Of a DNA stretch of 61,768 nt, positions 14,901-29,200 are shown one piece after another. The notes below the pieces were generated by a model. The model was not told the origin of the DNA, did no database searches, and worked only from the letters and a program-made list of their open reading frames with translations. The position numbers and the translations under genes are program-made. Location of the stretch: positions 119,860,221 to 119,921,988 of the forward strand of contig NC_068983.1 in the NCBI RefSeq assembly GCF_001194135.2, read 5' to 3'. Position 1 is the stretch's first letter, and every line of letters begins with the position of its first letter. The stretch is from Octopus bimaculoides (lineage: Eukaryota).

Positions 14901-17900
14901 TATAAATACATTGGTAACCACATGAACATACAGTAACGGACAACCTTCAGACAAAACACAGCCAATGCTACATCAAAGACCATCCTGGAAAGTGCAATGA
15001 TAGCAATCTGTATTAATAGGAATACAAAATTTTCGTTTCTTACTTGAGAACAATGTCTCAGATTTATAGGAGACGGAAAATATGATTATGTGATGTTCAT
15101 GCCTTTCTCAAAGTTATGAACAGAGATCATCAACTAGCCTTTTGGTTTTCTCTTCTCTTAAACTCTGGCCTTCCTTTAGTATTCCTGTTGTTTTAGATTG
15201 ATGTATAGAGTATGTATATATGTAAGTATACTGTAAAATGTTAATATGAATGTCATCATCATCATCATCATCGTTTAACGTCCGCTTTCCATGCTAGCAT
15301 GGGTTGGACGATTTGACTGAGGACTGGTGAAACCGGATGGCAACACCAGGCTCCAGTCTGATTTGGCAGAGTTTCTACAGCTGGATGCCCTTCCTAACGC
15401 CAACCACTCAGAGAGTGTAGTGGGTGCTTTTACGTGTCACCCGCACGAAAACGGCCACGCTCGAAATGGTGTCTTTTATGTGCCACCCGCACAAGCCAGT
15501 CCAGGGGCACTGGCAACGATCTNNNNNNNNNNNNNNNNNNNNNNNNNNNNNNNNNNNNNNNNNNNNNNNNNNNNNNNNNNNNNNNNNNNNNNNNNNNNNN
15601 NNNNNNNNNNNNNNNNNNNNNNNCATGTGCCACCCGCACAAGAACCAGTCCAGGGGCACTGGCAACGATCTTACTTGGCTTGCCGGGTCTTCTCACGCAC
15701 AGCCCATTTCCAAAGGTCTCGGTCCGTAGTCATCGCCTCGGTGAGGCCCAATGTTCGAAGGTCTTGCCTCACCACCTCAGCCCAGGTCTTCCTGGGCCTA
15801 CCTCTTCCACGGGTTCCCTCAACTGTTAGGGTGTGGCACTTTTTCACGCAGCTATCCTCCTCCATTCTCACCACATGTCCATACCAGCGCAAATAATATA
15901 TATATTATAAAAATATGTTAGTGTTATTTAATTTCTGAAAGGTTTTGCTGCCGTTTGTTTATGTAGTTTGATTTCTTTATCCATCAGTTTTTACTAAGAT
16001 AGAGGCGTGAGTAAAATTAATAATAGAGAATTGAAAATAAAACTTTGGAAACAGCCTAATGGGAGATAATTGAGAAAGACTTGAAAGTCAACGTAAGATT
16101 GTAATCATGTAAAGTAAAGTAAATATAACAAATAATCCAGAATCTTTGTCCAATACTGGATCAATCCCAAAATCTAATCAGTTCATGCCAGTCACGATAC
16201 CAGACATCCCTGAAAGTTTCATCCAAATCCATCCAACGGTTCTTGAGATATCTTGTCCATAGACAAACAAACAAACAAACAAACATGACTGAAAACAATA
16301 CCTCTACCTTCATTAAGGCGAAGGTAATCAAAGGAGCTACTTGAAACAGCTGTAAGGAATTGAGACCTGAACATCTTTGTTACTCATTTATATTCTGTTC
16401 ACCTACTTGGAATCTACACTTCAGAAATACTATAGAAAGTACCTTTATAAAAGTACATGTCTGAATTACCAAGAGCAGATATCTTCACTTATCTGGGTTG
16501 CGTTGTCCGCACACACGGCAGGAATATCAGGCTCAAACACCCCTGCATGGAGTCTTGGTATTCAATATTCAATTAATATTGTTTGGGTGTGAAGATTATA
16601 CCGACCTAGCAAGATGACTCAATTTCAGTACCTAATTCAACTGAATTATAATTATCTATACATATAAATTTGACATGGGCAATTCTTTCTTGTCTTGCGA
16701 TTCATGGTCAAATGGCTGGGTGGAATTGCGCAAAAAATTACACAGATGTATAGAATCATCCGGTGATGATGCTGGACTTTTTTTTATTTTTCTCATAGCT
16801 CCTGTGGTTAGTGAGATAATCTCCTATAATAATACTCTTGTGTTTATGAATGAGAAAGGAAGGGATGATGCATGAATAAGGAAGGAAGGGTGATGTCAGC
16901 ATTTCAACTCTGAGTGAATATATGTGTGTGTATGTAAAAGGGGAGTTTGTGAATGTGAATGTGTGCATGTGTGTGTTTGTGTGCAATGGAAGTGAGATGG
17001 TTAACATTCAACGCCGAAAAGAAAAATCCTACAGCATTTCAACTCTGTGTATTTGATATGTTTCACTAGAGTGCAATCTGTTCTCTATAAAGGTACATGT
17101 CTGTTTTTTGTTGATATAAAGTAATTTCTTTGGTATTTCTAGACCAAATTTTATTTAGCATCATTATTATTAAATTTATGCATTTCTAATCAATTTGGAG
17201 ATATTTCCTATTGAGTTGCAGATTTTTAACAATGCATTTGGTGATTATTTGCTTTATGTCTTGGGCGAAATTTACAACTTACAATAAAAGAATAAAATTA
17301 TTATTTCATTCAAAAATTGATGAGCTTTGTTTTTAGTGATGACTTGAAATGGCAAATATTTTTTCTAACTGTATTTGCTTCAAAAAGCATACTTTTCTTT
17401 ATATTTAGCAATTCTTTATAATTACTTTTACAATGTGCCTAAATAAAAACCATCATTATAGATCAGCATTTCTCAACCTTTTTCACGATTTGGCTTCCAT
17501 TGGACATAGAAAAAACTTATTTCAGCTCCCCTGTGTCGATGAAAAATTTAATTCAGCTCCCCATGTATCTGAGATAACCAGCCAGCCCATGACAAGTCTG
17601 CCGAAAGGGGGAGAGGCAGAGAATTTTCGTACAGCTGGAGGCTCCAACCAAAACAGGGGAACCGAAATGATAAGGTTGAGAAATGCTACGCCTGAATTCC
17701 TTAACCCCCAAACATCCACAGGACTACCACCTCATGAACTGCATCTGAAGGTTGGCGTGCCAATCATGCTGCTAAGGAATTTAGATGCTCCAATAATGTG
17801 CAATGGTACATGGATGATTATCAAAATATTGTGCTCCCAAGTTCTGCAGGCAACAACCTTGAATGGACCAGCGGCTGGCAAAGATGTACTTATAACTCCC

Positions 17901-18415
17901 CTGTTCCTCACTCCCACCGATACAACCTACAAGTTTAAATGGATGCAATTTCCCATCAAACTCTGCTTTGCCATGACAGTCAACAAGGCACAGGGTCAAT
18001 CACTGCAAGTGGTTGGTTTGAATCTGACAGAGCAAGTATTCTCACACAGACAACTGTATGTTGGCTGCTCCCGTGTTGGCAGTTCCCATGGTCTTTCCAT
18101 TTGTGCACTCAAGGGAAGGATGAAGAGTGTTGACTACCAAAAGGCACTCCAATGATAACAATGGCAACTTCAACTGCTCCAATTTCAACTGCTCCAATTT
18201 CAACTCCACAATTTTTTCATCATCCTGCCAGCCCACATAAGTCCAGTCTTGCTTTGCTCTCCTTACTAACTCACCATGACTGACATACTTTTTTTTCTAC
18301 CAAGATCCATCGCCCAAACAACACTTTGTGTCCCCTTCTTCCTTTATTATTTTTTTTTTTTTTTGATGTCTTCGGTTTTTCTCTTTGTGTTGTTCTCTGA
18401 CCAGGTGAAACCGGG

Positions 18416-18454
<39 letters not shown>

Positions 18455-21400
18455 CTATGTGTGTGTTTGTATTTGTGTTTGTCCCCTCCCCAACCGCTTG
18501 ACAACTGGTGTTGGTGTTCTTATGTTCCAGTAACTTAGCAGTTTAGCAAAAGTGACTGATAGAATAAGCACCAGGTTTTAAAATAAGTACTGAAGTCAAT
18601 TCATTCAGCTAAAAATTCTTCAAGTGTGTGCCCCGGCATGGCTGCAGTCTAATGATTGAAACAAGTAAAAGATAAAGATACTCGAAGCCTATTTTCATGT
18701 TAACAACAACATGAAGAATCTCACCCAACTTCCCCATCTACTTTTAATCTAATCCCAGATGGGACTGAAAACAAGTGTATCTTTCATAAGTGCTCAGTTT
18801 CCCAGAGCTATCCTAAGTTGCTGTGTGGTGGGCTTTGTTTAAATGTTGTTTTAGTGTAGTTTGTTAATACTACAATCAAACATCAGAACTAACATTGTTG
18901 TGTTGGACTATTCATTTCAGTCATATGTGACCAACCTGCCACAGAACCTTCTGAACACATGTCAGCCTGACTGGCTGCAGCTAGATGCACTGTAACCCAT
19001 CTTCTTCTCCCATGTGATGTCCTTGATCATCATCAACAACAGACTATTATTATTATTGAGTGAGAGAGCAGTGCATGCCATCAAAGTGACACTGGGGTAA
19101 AATATACAAAGCCCAATATATCCATCATGACTACCCGTCTGATAAGGGTACACCAGGCACATGCTTCACAACCATATGTGCGCGACATGGTGATCTCATA
19201 TCAAGATAAACAGTGCATGACCTCGCAGGTGGGGCCCAGTTAGAATTTTCTTCGGGTTGAGTAGCCCATCCTGCTCAAAAGGTCCCTGAATAAGGTTTGT
19301 TTAAGGATGTTGAGCAAAACACCCATGTTTCCAAAGGTGAATTATTCAAACCCCAAAGGATTCCTCTCAAAACATGGCTATGATGCTCCCCCACTACTTC
19401 TGCTCGTGATCAGAGATGCACATATCGTCAGCCACCAAGGGACATGCTCAACTGGTTATGGTCAAACAACTGACAAGCAAATCTGTGATATTGAGCAGAA
19501 TATTTGCTGTAGCCCATTTTTTATACCAAGACAAAAGCAACGTACATGATAACACTTCCACCACCACCACCAGCAGCAGCAGCAGCAGCAACATAATCAA
19601 ACTCATTAGCTTTATTAAACTAAAAGGTGCTTACGGGATTTTCATGATTTCAAAATAACTCATTTTTTTCTTTTCTTCTGTCGGATTTTGATTTTCTGTG
19701 AAATGGAAAAGAAATTATGGCAACATGAAATAAACTCAATAGTTTTTTACTATTTTCATGCCTATTGTGTCTACATCTACACTGAGTTAAAAATACATAT
19801 ATAAATGATAATAATCTTCCTAATTCTATGAAGAATTGTTTTTATTTATGTATAATTCAAGAAATTTAATACAAAATATCATGGTCAACACAGTGGTTCG
19901 GTGGCGGGGGACACACACATTATATCTAACTATTAAGAAAAAATAAGATGATAAAATATACTGATTTTTAAGTACAAAAAATGAGGGTCACGTCATATTC
20001 GAAATAACATAATACTTAAGTAAGTTATCATCAGTTAACATTTGTTTCCCATGCTGGTAAGGACTGGACAGTTTGACAGGGGCTGGCAAGCCAGAAAACT
20101 ACATCAGGCTTCTCCATCTGTTTTGGTTTTTATGGTCTTTTTGGCTGGATACGATTCCTTATGTCAACCACCTTACAGAGTGGACTGAGTGCTTTTTACA
20201 TTGGCACCAGCACTACAGAGGTCTGTTTTGCATGGTCTTTACAGTAGGATGCCCTTCCAAATGCCAACCACTCAACAGGGTACACTGGATGCTTTTTCAC
20301 ATGGCACCAGTACTAGTACGGTTAACAAATAACTTGCAAATAACTTGAGGTGAGTATGGGGGGGGGGTGGATCAGAGGAGGTGGCCTTGTGCCTGGTGAT
20401 GAGAGGTTAGAGTATGACAGAGGGACAGAAACAGATGTCTTGTTGTAGAGGAGATACACGGTTACCCAGCAAGAAAGAGAGAGAGTGGTCAAGAACGAGA
20501 GGGAAAGTGGGAGAGAGCAAGAGTGTGGCAAAAATATGTTTAAGAGAAAAAAAAAACAACTACCTTACAACCTCCCTAAATTGTAGGGAATCTAATATAT
20601 TTGCAGATCTAAGGTGCAGGAGTTTAAATCTTAGAGAAGAGATGCATAATGATATTGTTTCAAATTTTGGCACAAGGCCAGCAATTTCAAGGGAGAGGGT
20701 AAGTCAATTACATTAGCCCCAATGATCAATTGGTACTTATTTTATTGACCCCAAAAGGATGGAAAGTTGACCTTTGTGGAATTTGAACTCAGACCATAAA
20801 GACAGACAAAACACCACTAAACATTTTGTTGGTGTGCTAACAATTCCGCCAGCTCACAACCTTGATGCATAACAATATTAATAATTTTTCTAACATAGGT
20901 ACAAGGCCTGAACTATTTTGGGAGAGGTATTGAAGCCAGTATGCTCCGTTGGATGAAGCCAGTATGCTCCGTTGGAAAGGAATGAAGCCAGTATGCTCCG
21001 TTGGATGTGTAATGTCAATGTGAATACCCGTCAGAGTGTAAGTATCTTGAGAGAAAAGCTGAACATTAGAAGCATCAGTTGTGGTGTGCAAGAGAGACGA
21101 TTGAGAATGGATGAGGATAGCTGCGTGAAAAAGTGCCACACCCTAACAGTTGAGGGAACCCGTGGAAGAGGTAGGCCCTGGAAGACCTGGGCTGAGGTGG
21201 TGAGGCAAGACCTTCGTACATTGGGCCTCACCGAGGCGATGACTACTGACCGAGNNNNNNNNNNNNNNNNNNNNNNNNNNNNNNNNNNNNNNNNNNNNNN
21301 NNNNNNNNNNNNNNNNNNNNNNNNNNNNNNNNNNNNNNNNNNNNNNNNNNNNNNNNNNNNNNNNNNNNNNNNNNNNNNNNNNNNNNNNNNNNNNNNNNNN

Positions 21401-23201
21401 NNNNNNNNNNNNNNNNNNNNNNNNNNNNNNNNNNNNNNNNNNNNNNNNNNNNNNNNNNNNNNNNNNNNNNNNNNNNNNNNNNNNNNNNNNNNNNNNNNNN
21501 NNNNNNNNNGGGTGGCACATAAAAGACACCATTTTGAGCGTGGCCGTTTTCGTGCGGGTGACACGTAAAAGCACCCACTACACTCTCTGAGTGGTTGGCG
21601 TTAGGAAGGGCATCCAGCTGTAGAAACTCTGCCAAATTAGATTGGAGCCTGGTGTTGCCATCCGGTTTCACCAGTCCTCAGTCAAATCATCCAACCCATG
21701 CTAGCATGGAAAGTGGACGTTAAATGATGATGATGATGTGACTAGCTGACAGTACTTGACTGCTTCTTATTCTACCAATTCCAAAAGGATGAAATGAATG
21801 GCAAAGTTGACACTAACTATACAATAATAGAATAGATACCAAAGAAATTGAGAAAATTTAGAAATATCTGAATCTAACCTAAAAGATGAAGAGACTGTGG
21901 AAGAAAAAAGTAATAACTGCTGCTGTGGTAATTGGTGCACTTGGAACAATACCCAAACTGCTACCAAGAAGGCTGAAGGATATTGCAGTTGAGACATGGA
22001 TTGTCTGCTTGTAGAAAGAAAAGTTCCATTCTATTTTCTGCAAGAATCCTAAGTAAGATTCTTGAGATTTCAGGAGACACAATATCACCAAACTTCAAGG
22101 CAACATTTCTGCTAACCATAGTAGCATGTGATAGTTTTATTATTATTATTATTACTGAGTGAGAGAGCAATGAAATTTGAGTCAACAATGCTCAAAAGTT
22201 ACATACAGATAATAACAGAACTAACACAGACATCACAGATAAATAATAAAAGTACATATAATAGAGTCAGTGAATATGTGATCCTTTGCAATTCAATTGT
22301 TAAAAAGCTTTTGATTAGGTTTTAAAGCACCTATTCAGATTCAAATAGGTTTTTTTAAAACATCTGTTTGGATCTGACTTTGAATAGTCGATGAAGACTA
22401 GTTCATCAAGAACTATAATGTTCTTGATGAAGAATGCTTTGAAGATTTCTCTCTATAGAAACAATAAACAATATTCTAAAAACAAAGAAAAACATATATT
22501 TCATATTTTGGTTAATAATCCTTAAGCCCACATCACAAGATCACGCAATCATTAACTCACTTAGTCACCTGAGCTTTAGTGATTTGAGACACTAGAGATG
22601 TTCAACCAATCAATCAATCAAATTGGCACATAATTTCATTTTTTTGCTTTTATACTTATAAACCACTGAAAACTTTTCTCCACTGTTGGTTATGAATTGA
22701 CATCAATGCCTCTGTAACATTGCTTTTTTTTTATAGGTAGAGGTGTTGATCCTATGCAAACCCATGTTTACTTCTGGGGAGAGGCAGTCCATATTAGTCT
22801 GGCCTTTATCCTTTGACCAGTCCAGCATTAGAGGCCCTATCAAGAATTTGCACTACGACACCACAACTTAGACTGGATTTTGTAATGGACATAATTTTAT
22901 GGTGGCTGAGTGCATTGGATGCAAGAAATGATGATGGTGGTGTTACACACACGATTTTAATGGATTAGATTTAACCTACAATGAAACTGTAATTCTAGAA
23001 ATTTCAAGAATGACAAAAATGAAATTACTGAGAATAGAAAAAGCTGTCACCTTTGCCAGGCACTTCGATGTTTAATTCATTTGGTTGTTGAAACAACATA
23101 AATACAAGAATACCAAATGACAACTGAAAGAGAGAAATAAATTCAGATCAAATATATTCATGTATATCAGATTATCTGTTATATACAAGTGAATGACTGC
23201 A

Positions 23202-23232
<31 letters not shown>

Positions 23233-23235
23233 GAG

Positions 23236-23285
<50 letters not shown>

Positions 23286-26200
23286 TGTGTGTGTTCATGT
23301 CTATCTGTGTGTTGTAAACCTAAACAATAATTAACCCGAGTGCCATACCATTCATAAGCACACATTAGTGTGCTTAGACAATGAAAACACCCACCACTCT
23401 CACTTTCTCTTTCTCACACTCACACACACACACACACACACACTCTAGCCATCACAGCACTCAAATTATGACCAACATTTCAAGTGTTTTGTTTTTTCAT
23501 GTAGGGATTGAAAGTAGGAGACAGTGTTTCCTAAAACATTCTTAGGACCCATGAAAGAATATTTCAAACAAAATTTTAAAAGTTATTACTAACAAACACT
23601 AATCAAAAAGAAAGTTTAATATTTTGTAATTTATTAGGCTGTTGGGAAACCTTTGTAGATCTTGCCATCATGATATAATTCAAAAGGCCTTATGGAAAGA
23701 TATGAAATCACCACTATTTACTAACAAAAACTCTTATCAGTTATACACAGTCCCTAGCTACTTACAAGAATAAACTGGACATTATTGTACATCTAATTTT
23801 CAGATAAGTGAATTGGTTTCATGAGAGTTAAGTGTACCTTCCATAGTTGTTGTTGGCACTCCGTCGCTTACGACGTCGAGGGTTCCAGTTGATCCGATCA
23901 ACGGAACAGCTTGCTCGTGAAATTAACGTGCAAGTGGCTGAGTACTCCACAGACATGTGTACCCTTAACGTAGTTCTCGGGGATATTCAGCGTGACACAG
24001 TGTGACAAGGCTGACCTTTTGAATTACAGGCACAACAGAAACAGGAAGAAAGAGTGAGAGAAAGTTGTGGTGAAAGAGTACAGCAGGGTTCACCACCATC
24101 CCCTGCCGGAGCCTCATGGAGCTTTAGGTGCTTTCGCTCAATAAACACTCACAATGCCCGGTCTGGGAATTGAAACCGCGATCCTATGACCGCGAGTCCG
24201 CTGCCCTAACCACTGGACCATTGCGTCTCCACACCTTCCATAGATACAATATGGAATCAGTAACATAACTCTAATCAAACAGATAAGCTGGCAGGCAACC
24301 TATCGACTCAATCAGCTATGATATGAGCCAACAAGTAGAGGATACTTGGTTGATCAATAAGCTAGAAATAGCAATCGATTCTCACTCAAATCACACTATC
24401 ATTTTTTTAAATCAAGAATGCTTTATTTAAACTAGTCATATCCAACCCAAATATTCTATCTGTATTATGTTCAAACCAGATAGATCTGGCTTCTAACACT
24501 TACCCAACTATGTCATACTCAAAATAAACAATTACATCACTGAAATTTCAAAGCTATGAGATAATGCATGATAAATTCAAAACAATGTAAATAAATAAGC
24601 ATCACATTTGACAGAATAATCTGAAGGCTAAAGGGGTTAATGTGGTCCTAAATACAATTCCTGAACAAAAACCACAATAAATGTGATTGTGTGTCAGAAT
24701 AGCTTTAATCATAAGGTTTGTTTGATTAAGGTTGATCTGGAACTAAACAACAATAGCTACTAGCTGCAACTTCCTTACCGATATGCTAGTCAATATAGGG
24801 AAGTCTGTACTAGTAAGTTGTAGAGTTACTAATGAAGTGCCTATCTTCATATAGTGTGCAGAGGGTCAAGTCAGCCTGGTGGAGCCCCTACTTTTTCTAT
24901 AAGGTTATAACAATATCTGGGAATTGAGGGTATAAAGAGAAAATGAACTGAAACGGCTCAACTGAGAACTGAACTTGTATCACAGAATCAGTTTCTTGGA
25001 AGATTACTGCCACTTCATAACACTTTTGTACAAATGTTATACTACTGCTACTTCATCATCTTCTTGTAATGCTCGCTTTCCATTCTGGTTCGAGTTGGAT
25101 GGTTTGACTGGAGCTGGTAAGGCCAGAGGCTGCACCAGGCTCCAGTTGTCCGTTCTGGCATGGTTTCTACAGCTGGATGCCCTTCCTAATGCTAACCACT
25201 TTACAGGGTGTACTGTGTGCTTTTTATGTGGCACCAGCAGTAAACATTAAATAATTATCAGTAGTGAATTCTGTTGACCAAGAGGTATGGTCACGTGAAA
25301 AACCAGAACGATGCTGTTTGGACCTGAATTGTATCTTTGACTATGTTAGGAAATATTATCTCTTAAATAGAATAAATACTGTTCAATATTTAATCTAACA
25401 GCTGCTAATTCACCATCGAAGATTAAATAAGTCAATATGAATAAAAATCAAACCTTCCTCAAACAACTCAATGACAACATATTTTTTGTATCAAGAATGA
25501 AAAAAAGTGAGCAGTGTAATCCTAAATACACTGACACACTAAATAAAAAAACCCAGAAAGGGTGGTCATAGCTGGAACATCTTTAATTAGAGTAGACAAG
25601 TGACTAAAAAACGATAAATACCAAGTTGGATACTTACAACGATGATAGAGGGTAGTGTAAATGCGTTCCTCCATCCATAGGAAGTTTGGAGATACACCTG
25701 TTCGAGAAAGAAAACAGACATGTTTTTGTGTTTCAGAATTGGTTAGATTTAGATATTCTTCCAAAAGACTTAAAACCTTATCAATGGTACCAGGGTAAAC
25801 CTTTCTCCAATCTAAATTATTTTTTTCATTTGCTTATACTGAAAACTGCAGTACATCTAATTCATGGCTAACTAACCTTAAGAAGTTTATCTGATTGTAA
25901 AAGTTCTGCTCTAAAATTTAATACAAATAAAGACTTGTGGAAATATCCAACCCATGTTGAGGTGTCATGCTACAATAAAATGCATGAATATATTTTTCCC
26001 AAGGAAAGATAAAATGTCCTGGGATATCCCAGTTTTAAAAAAGGTGCAATATTTCAAAGGAAGAATCAATTTACCAATACAGAGACTGAGATTTACTTCC
26101 AAACTACATACATTTTTAAGAAGGTGAAAGCAATAACAATAATTGAAATACTAAAAAAAAACCCCAAAGCATGATTACACATGTAGAGAAAAACTAAAAA

Positions 26201-29200
26201 TTATATTACATCATCATCATCATCATTGTTTAACGTCTGCTTTCCATGCTTGCATGGGTTGGATGATTTGACTGAGGATTGGCGAACCAGATGGCTGCAC
26301 CAGGCTCCAATCTGATCTGGTAGAGTTTCTACAGCTGGAGGCACTTCCTAACGCCAACCACTCCAAGAGTGTAGTGGATGCTTTTACGTGCCACTGGCAC
26401 GAGGGACAGTCAGGCGGTACTGGAAACAACCACATTCAAGTGGTGTTTTTTACATGCCTCCTGCACAGGAGCCAGTTCAGTGGCACTGGCAACAACCTCG
26501 CTCGAATGTTTTTTCACGAAGAATTTTATGAACTCTTGAGAGAACATGATTTTTTTTTTTTTGGAACAGTATATCTTGGAACACACATAAAGCTATAAAT
26601 AAAACATGTAAATATTGGGTTAAAAAAACCCTGCTGGACAGAAACAGTGAAGGTTACCCATGTATCTGTAATTCTAAGTAAGCAAATTTTACTTCAAAGT
26701 GAAATTAATGAATTTGTAATGGCACTTTGCCAAAAATAATGATTTCAAAGTGAGATTAACACAAAAAGATTTAACTGAAAATAAAATATCATAACATTAT
26801 TTGTAATGTTAATGAAGTTGCCTAGTTAACGATATGTTTTCATTAAGCAAGCAATGAGGCAAAAAGTTCACCACATGACTGCATTACCTTCATGTTTTGT
26901 GGCGAGTTAAGCACAGTAATAGCAACTAATGCAAATTTACATCTTGCAATGTAACTTTTCTAACACCTTTGTCCATTACTTTTGGATAGGGAAAGTTCTG
27001 GTTTTTGTGAATATTTTATATGAGATGCACCCCTATTCATAGAATATATCAGGAGATATTTTGAACATCTTGAATGGAAATTTTGATCACAGTTTCCATT
27101 CAAGATGTTCAAAATGACTACTTTGGGTTAAAATATACATTATATATATATATATATATATTTTAAATGACAAAATTCATACTTACTGCAAGAGCTGTCC
27201 CAATGATTCCACCACCAAATGCACATGTACCAAACATTCCAAAGACAGAGTTACGTAATCTCTCAGGGAACCATTCTCCTAATACTTTCACACAATTTGG
27301 CCAGCACTGTGCCTGCAAATAAATGTTTAAAAATATCAATGCTATTTGGTGTTTTCCTACTCATACCACAGTTTCCATATGATGGCAAAGATTAAGTACA
27401 TCTAAATAGCACTCTCTGTTATCGTATTCTCAGATATTTCTTCACTATTTCTCAGTTCTTAAACACAAATCTGAACAATTTTCTGCTTAATAAACACAAC
27501 TGATAGTCATCACAATAAACAAAAGTAGAGCTATATCTCCTTACTGTATCTGTCTATTACTAATATTTTTTATTGCGGATATTGGACAGATTTCTAATAA
27601 TCTGTTATTTTATTTCTAAATATATATTGGGCCATCCCATAAATAATGCAGTTTTTTCAATTGCATGAACTAAAAGTCTGAGGGGGACAGGATAAACTAC
27701 CTGCATCAACTTGCTATAAAAGCAGGTAGTAATTTTATCTTGTACTTATTCTTAGTGCAAGTTTTGAAGTGTGCAGTTCGATTTTAACGGTTATTTTTTT
27801 CAAAGCTATAATGGAAGGGACAAAGGAGCATATTCAGCATATTTTGTTTTATGAGTTCAATAAAAGCAACAATGCAGTGGAAAATGCAAGGAATATTAAT
27901 GCAGTATATGGGGATCAGACAATAAGTGTAAGTCAATGTCAATGGTGGTTCCAGAAATTCCGAGCCAGAAACTACAGCCTAAAAGAAGACGTCCTGCAAA
28001 CCCTGGTGGAACAAAATTCCATCATAACTGTTGAGGAACTAGCAGAGAAGCTTGGATTTGGTCATTCAACCATTCATCAACACCTGTGTGCCATCAGAAA
28101 AGTCAGCAAATTGGGTCAATGGGTTCCTCACAAACTTTCCGAGTCTAATCTCGCACAGAGAATGAATGTGTGTTCTTTGCTGTCTCATGAATGAACCTTA
28201 AAAATTTAGTCTTCTTTATATCTAAACAAAGTCATCTTTGCTTTTTCACTAAGTGAAATCCACAGGTACATAAAAAAGATGATCTTCACATATTTCACAC
28301 TCTTCCATTTTCATATCTATCCCAGTAAATCTGCACATTCTGCTCGTTTAAAAGTAAATATGTATTCATTGATCAAGCCTAAGTTAATGAACTATAAACT
28401 TAGTTGAACTTAATGCACTAGCCATCTTCCTACAAATACTTGACCATAAATTATTTAGGCTACTTTGTTTTATAAGAAACATTGAAAATAGGGAGAGAGA
28501 TAGAACAGAAAAAAAGACAAAAAAGAATAAAGGAAGATAACCATACATGTAGCCTACAGTTTCTAATCCTATGTTAATGTAAACTAAATTTAATTTAACG
28601 AAATTAATTTACTAGTCCAATCAATATGTGGCAGTAACCTGTTTGAGTTTATTAAGAATACAATTTATGAATGTAAACAGTAAACAGTGGTGAAGGGAAA
28701 AAAAGGGAAAAAATATCAGCAAGGTGCAGGTGTGGTTGTATGGTGAAAAGTTTTCTTTCCAACCACATAGTTCCTGGTTCAGTGCCACTGCATGACTCCG
28801 TAGACATATGTCTTGAGCCAACCAAAGCCTTGTGAGTGGATCTGGTAGATAGAAACTGGAAGAAGCCTGTGTTTTTATCTACAATGTGTCCAACAGTAAC
28901 AACAACTGCAACACTAGCATTAACAGCAACAATGGTAGTAATACCAGCAGCAACAGCACCAGCAGGAGCAATGGCAATGATAATGGCAGCAACAACAGTT
29001 GCGGCACCACTGGCATAGAGGCACAGACACACAAATACATTGGGATCTACAGAGGATTCCTTCAAGCAGCATCTTAACACAGGGGTTTTCAAACTTTTTG
29101 ACTTGCGGACCCCTTTATATTTCAGGCTTTACCTTAGGGACCCCCTTATAAACGCTTATGAAATTTATACATAAATATTTGCTTAAAATAACATATATTT

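Noticed and set aside
17433-18155. Host PIF1 helicase gene
   Set aside because: Intronless, lacks the N-terminal helicase motifs, has Helitron-type motifs and a MITE-derived start
18166-18205. Short tandem repeat, possible CRISPR-like array
   Set aside because: Only ~2.5 units of 15 nt, no spacers, eukaryotic context
24150-24232. tRNA genes (also heads at ~4150, 46510, 49560, 51335)
   Set aside because: A/B boxes continue into SINE bodies and there is no complete cloverleaf
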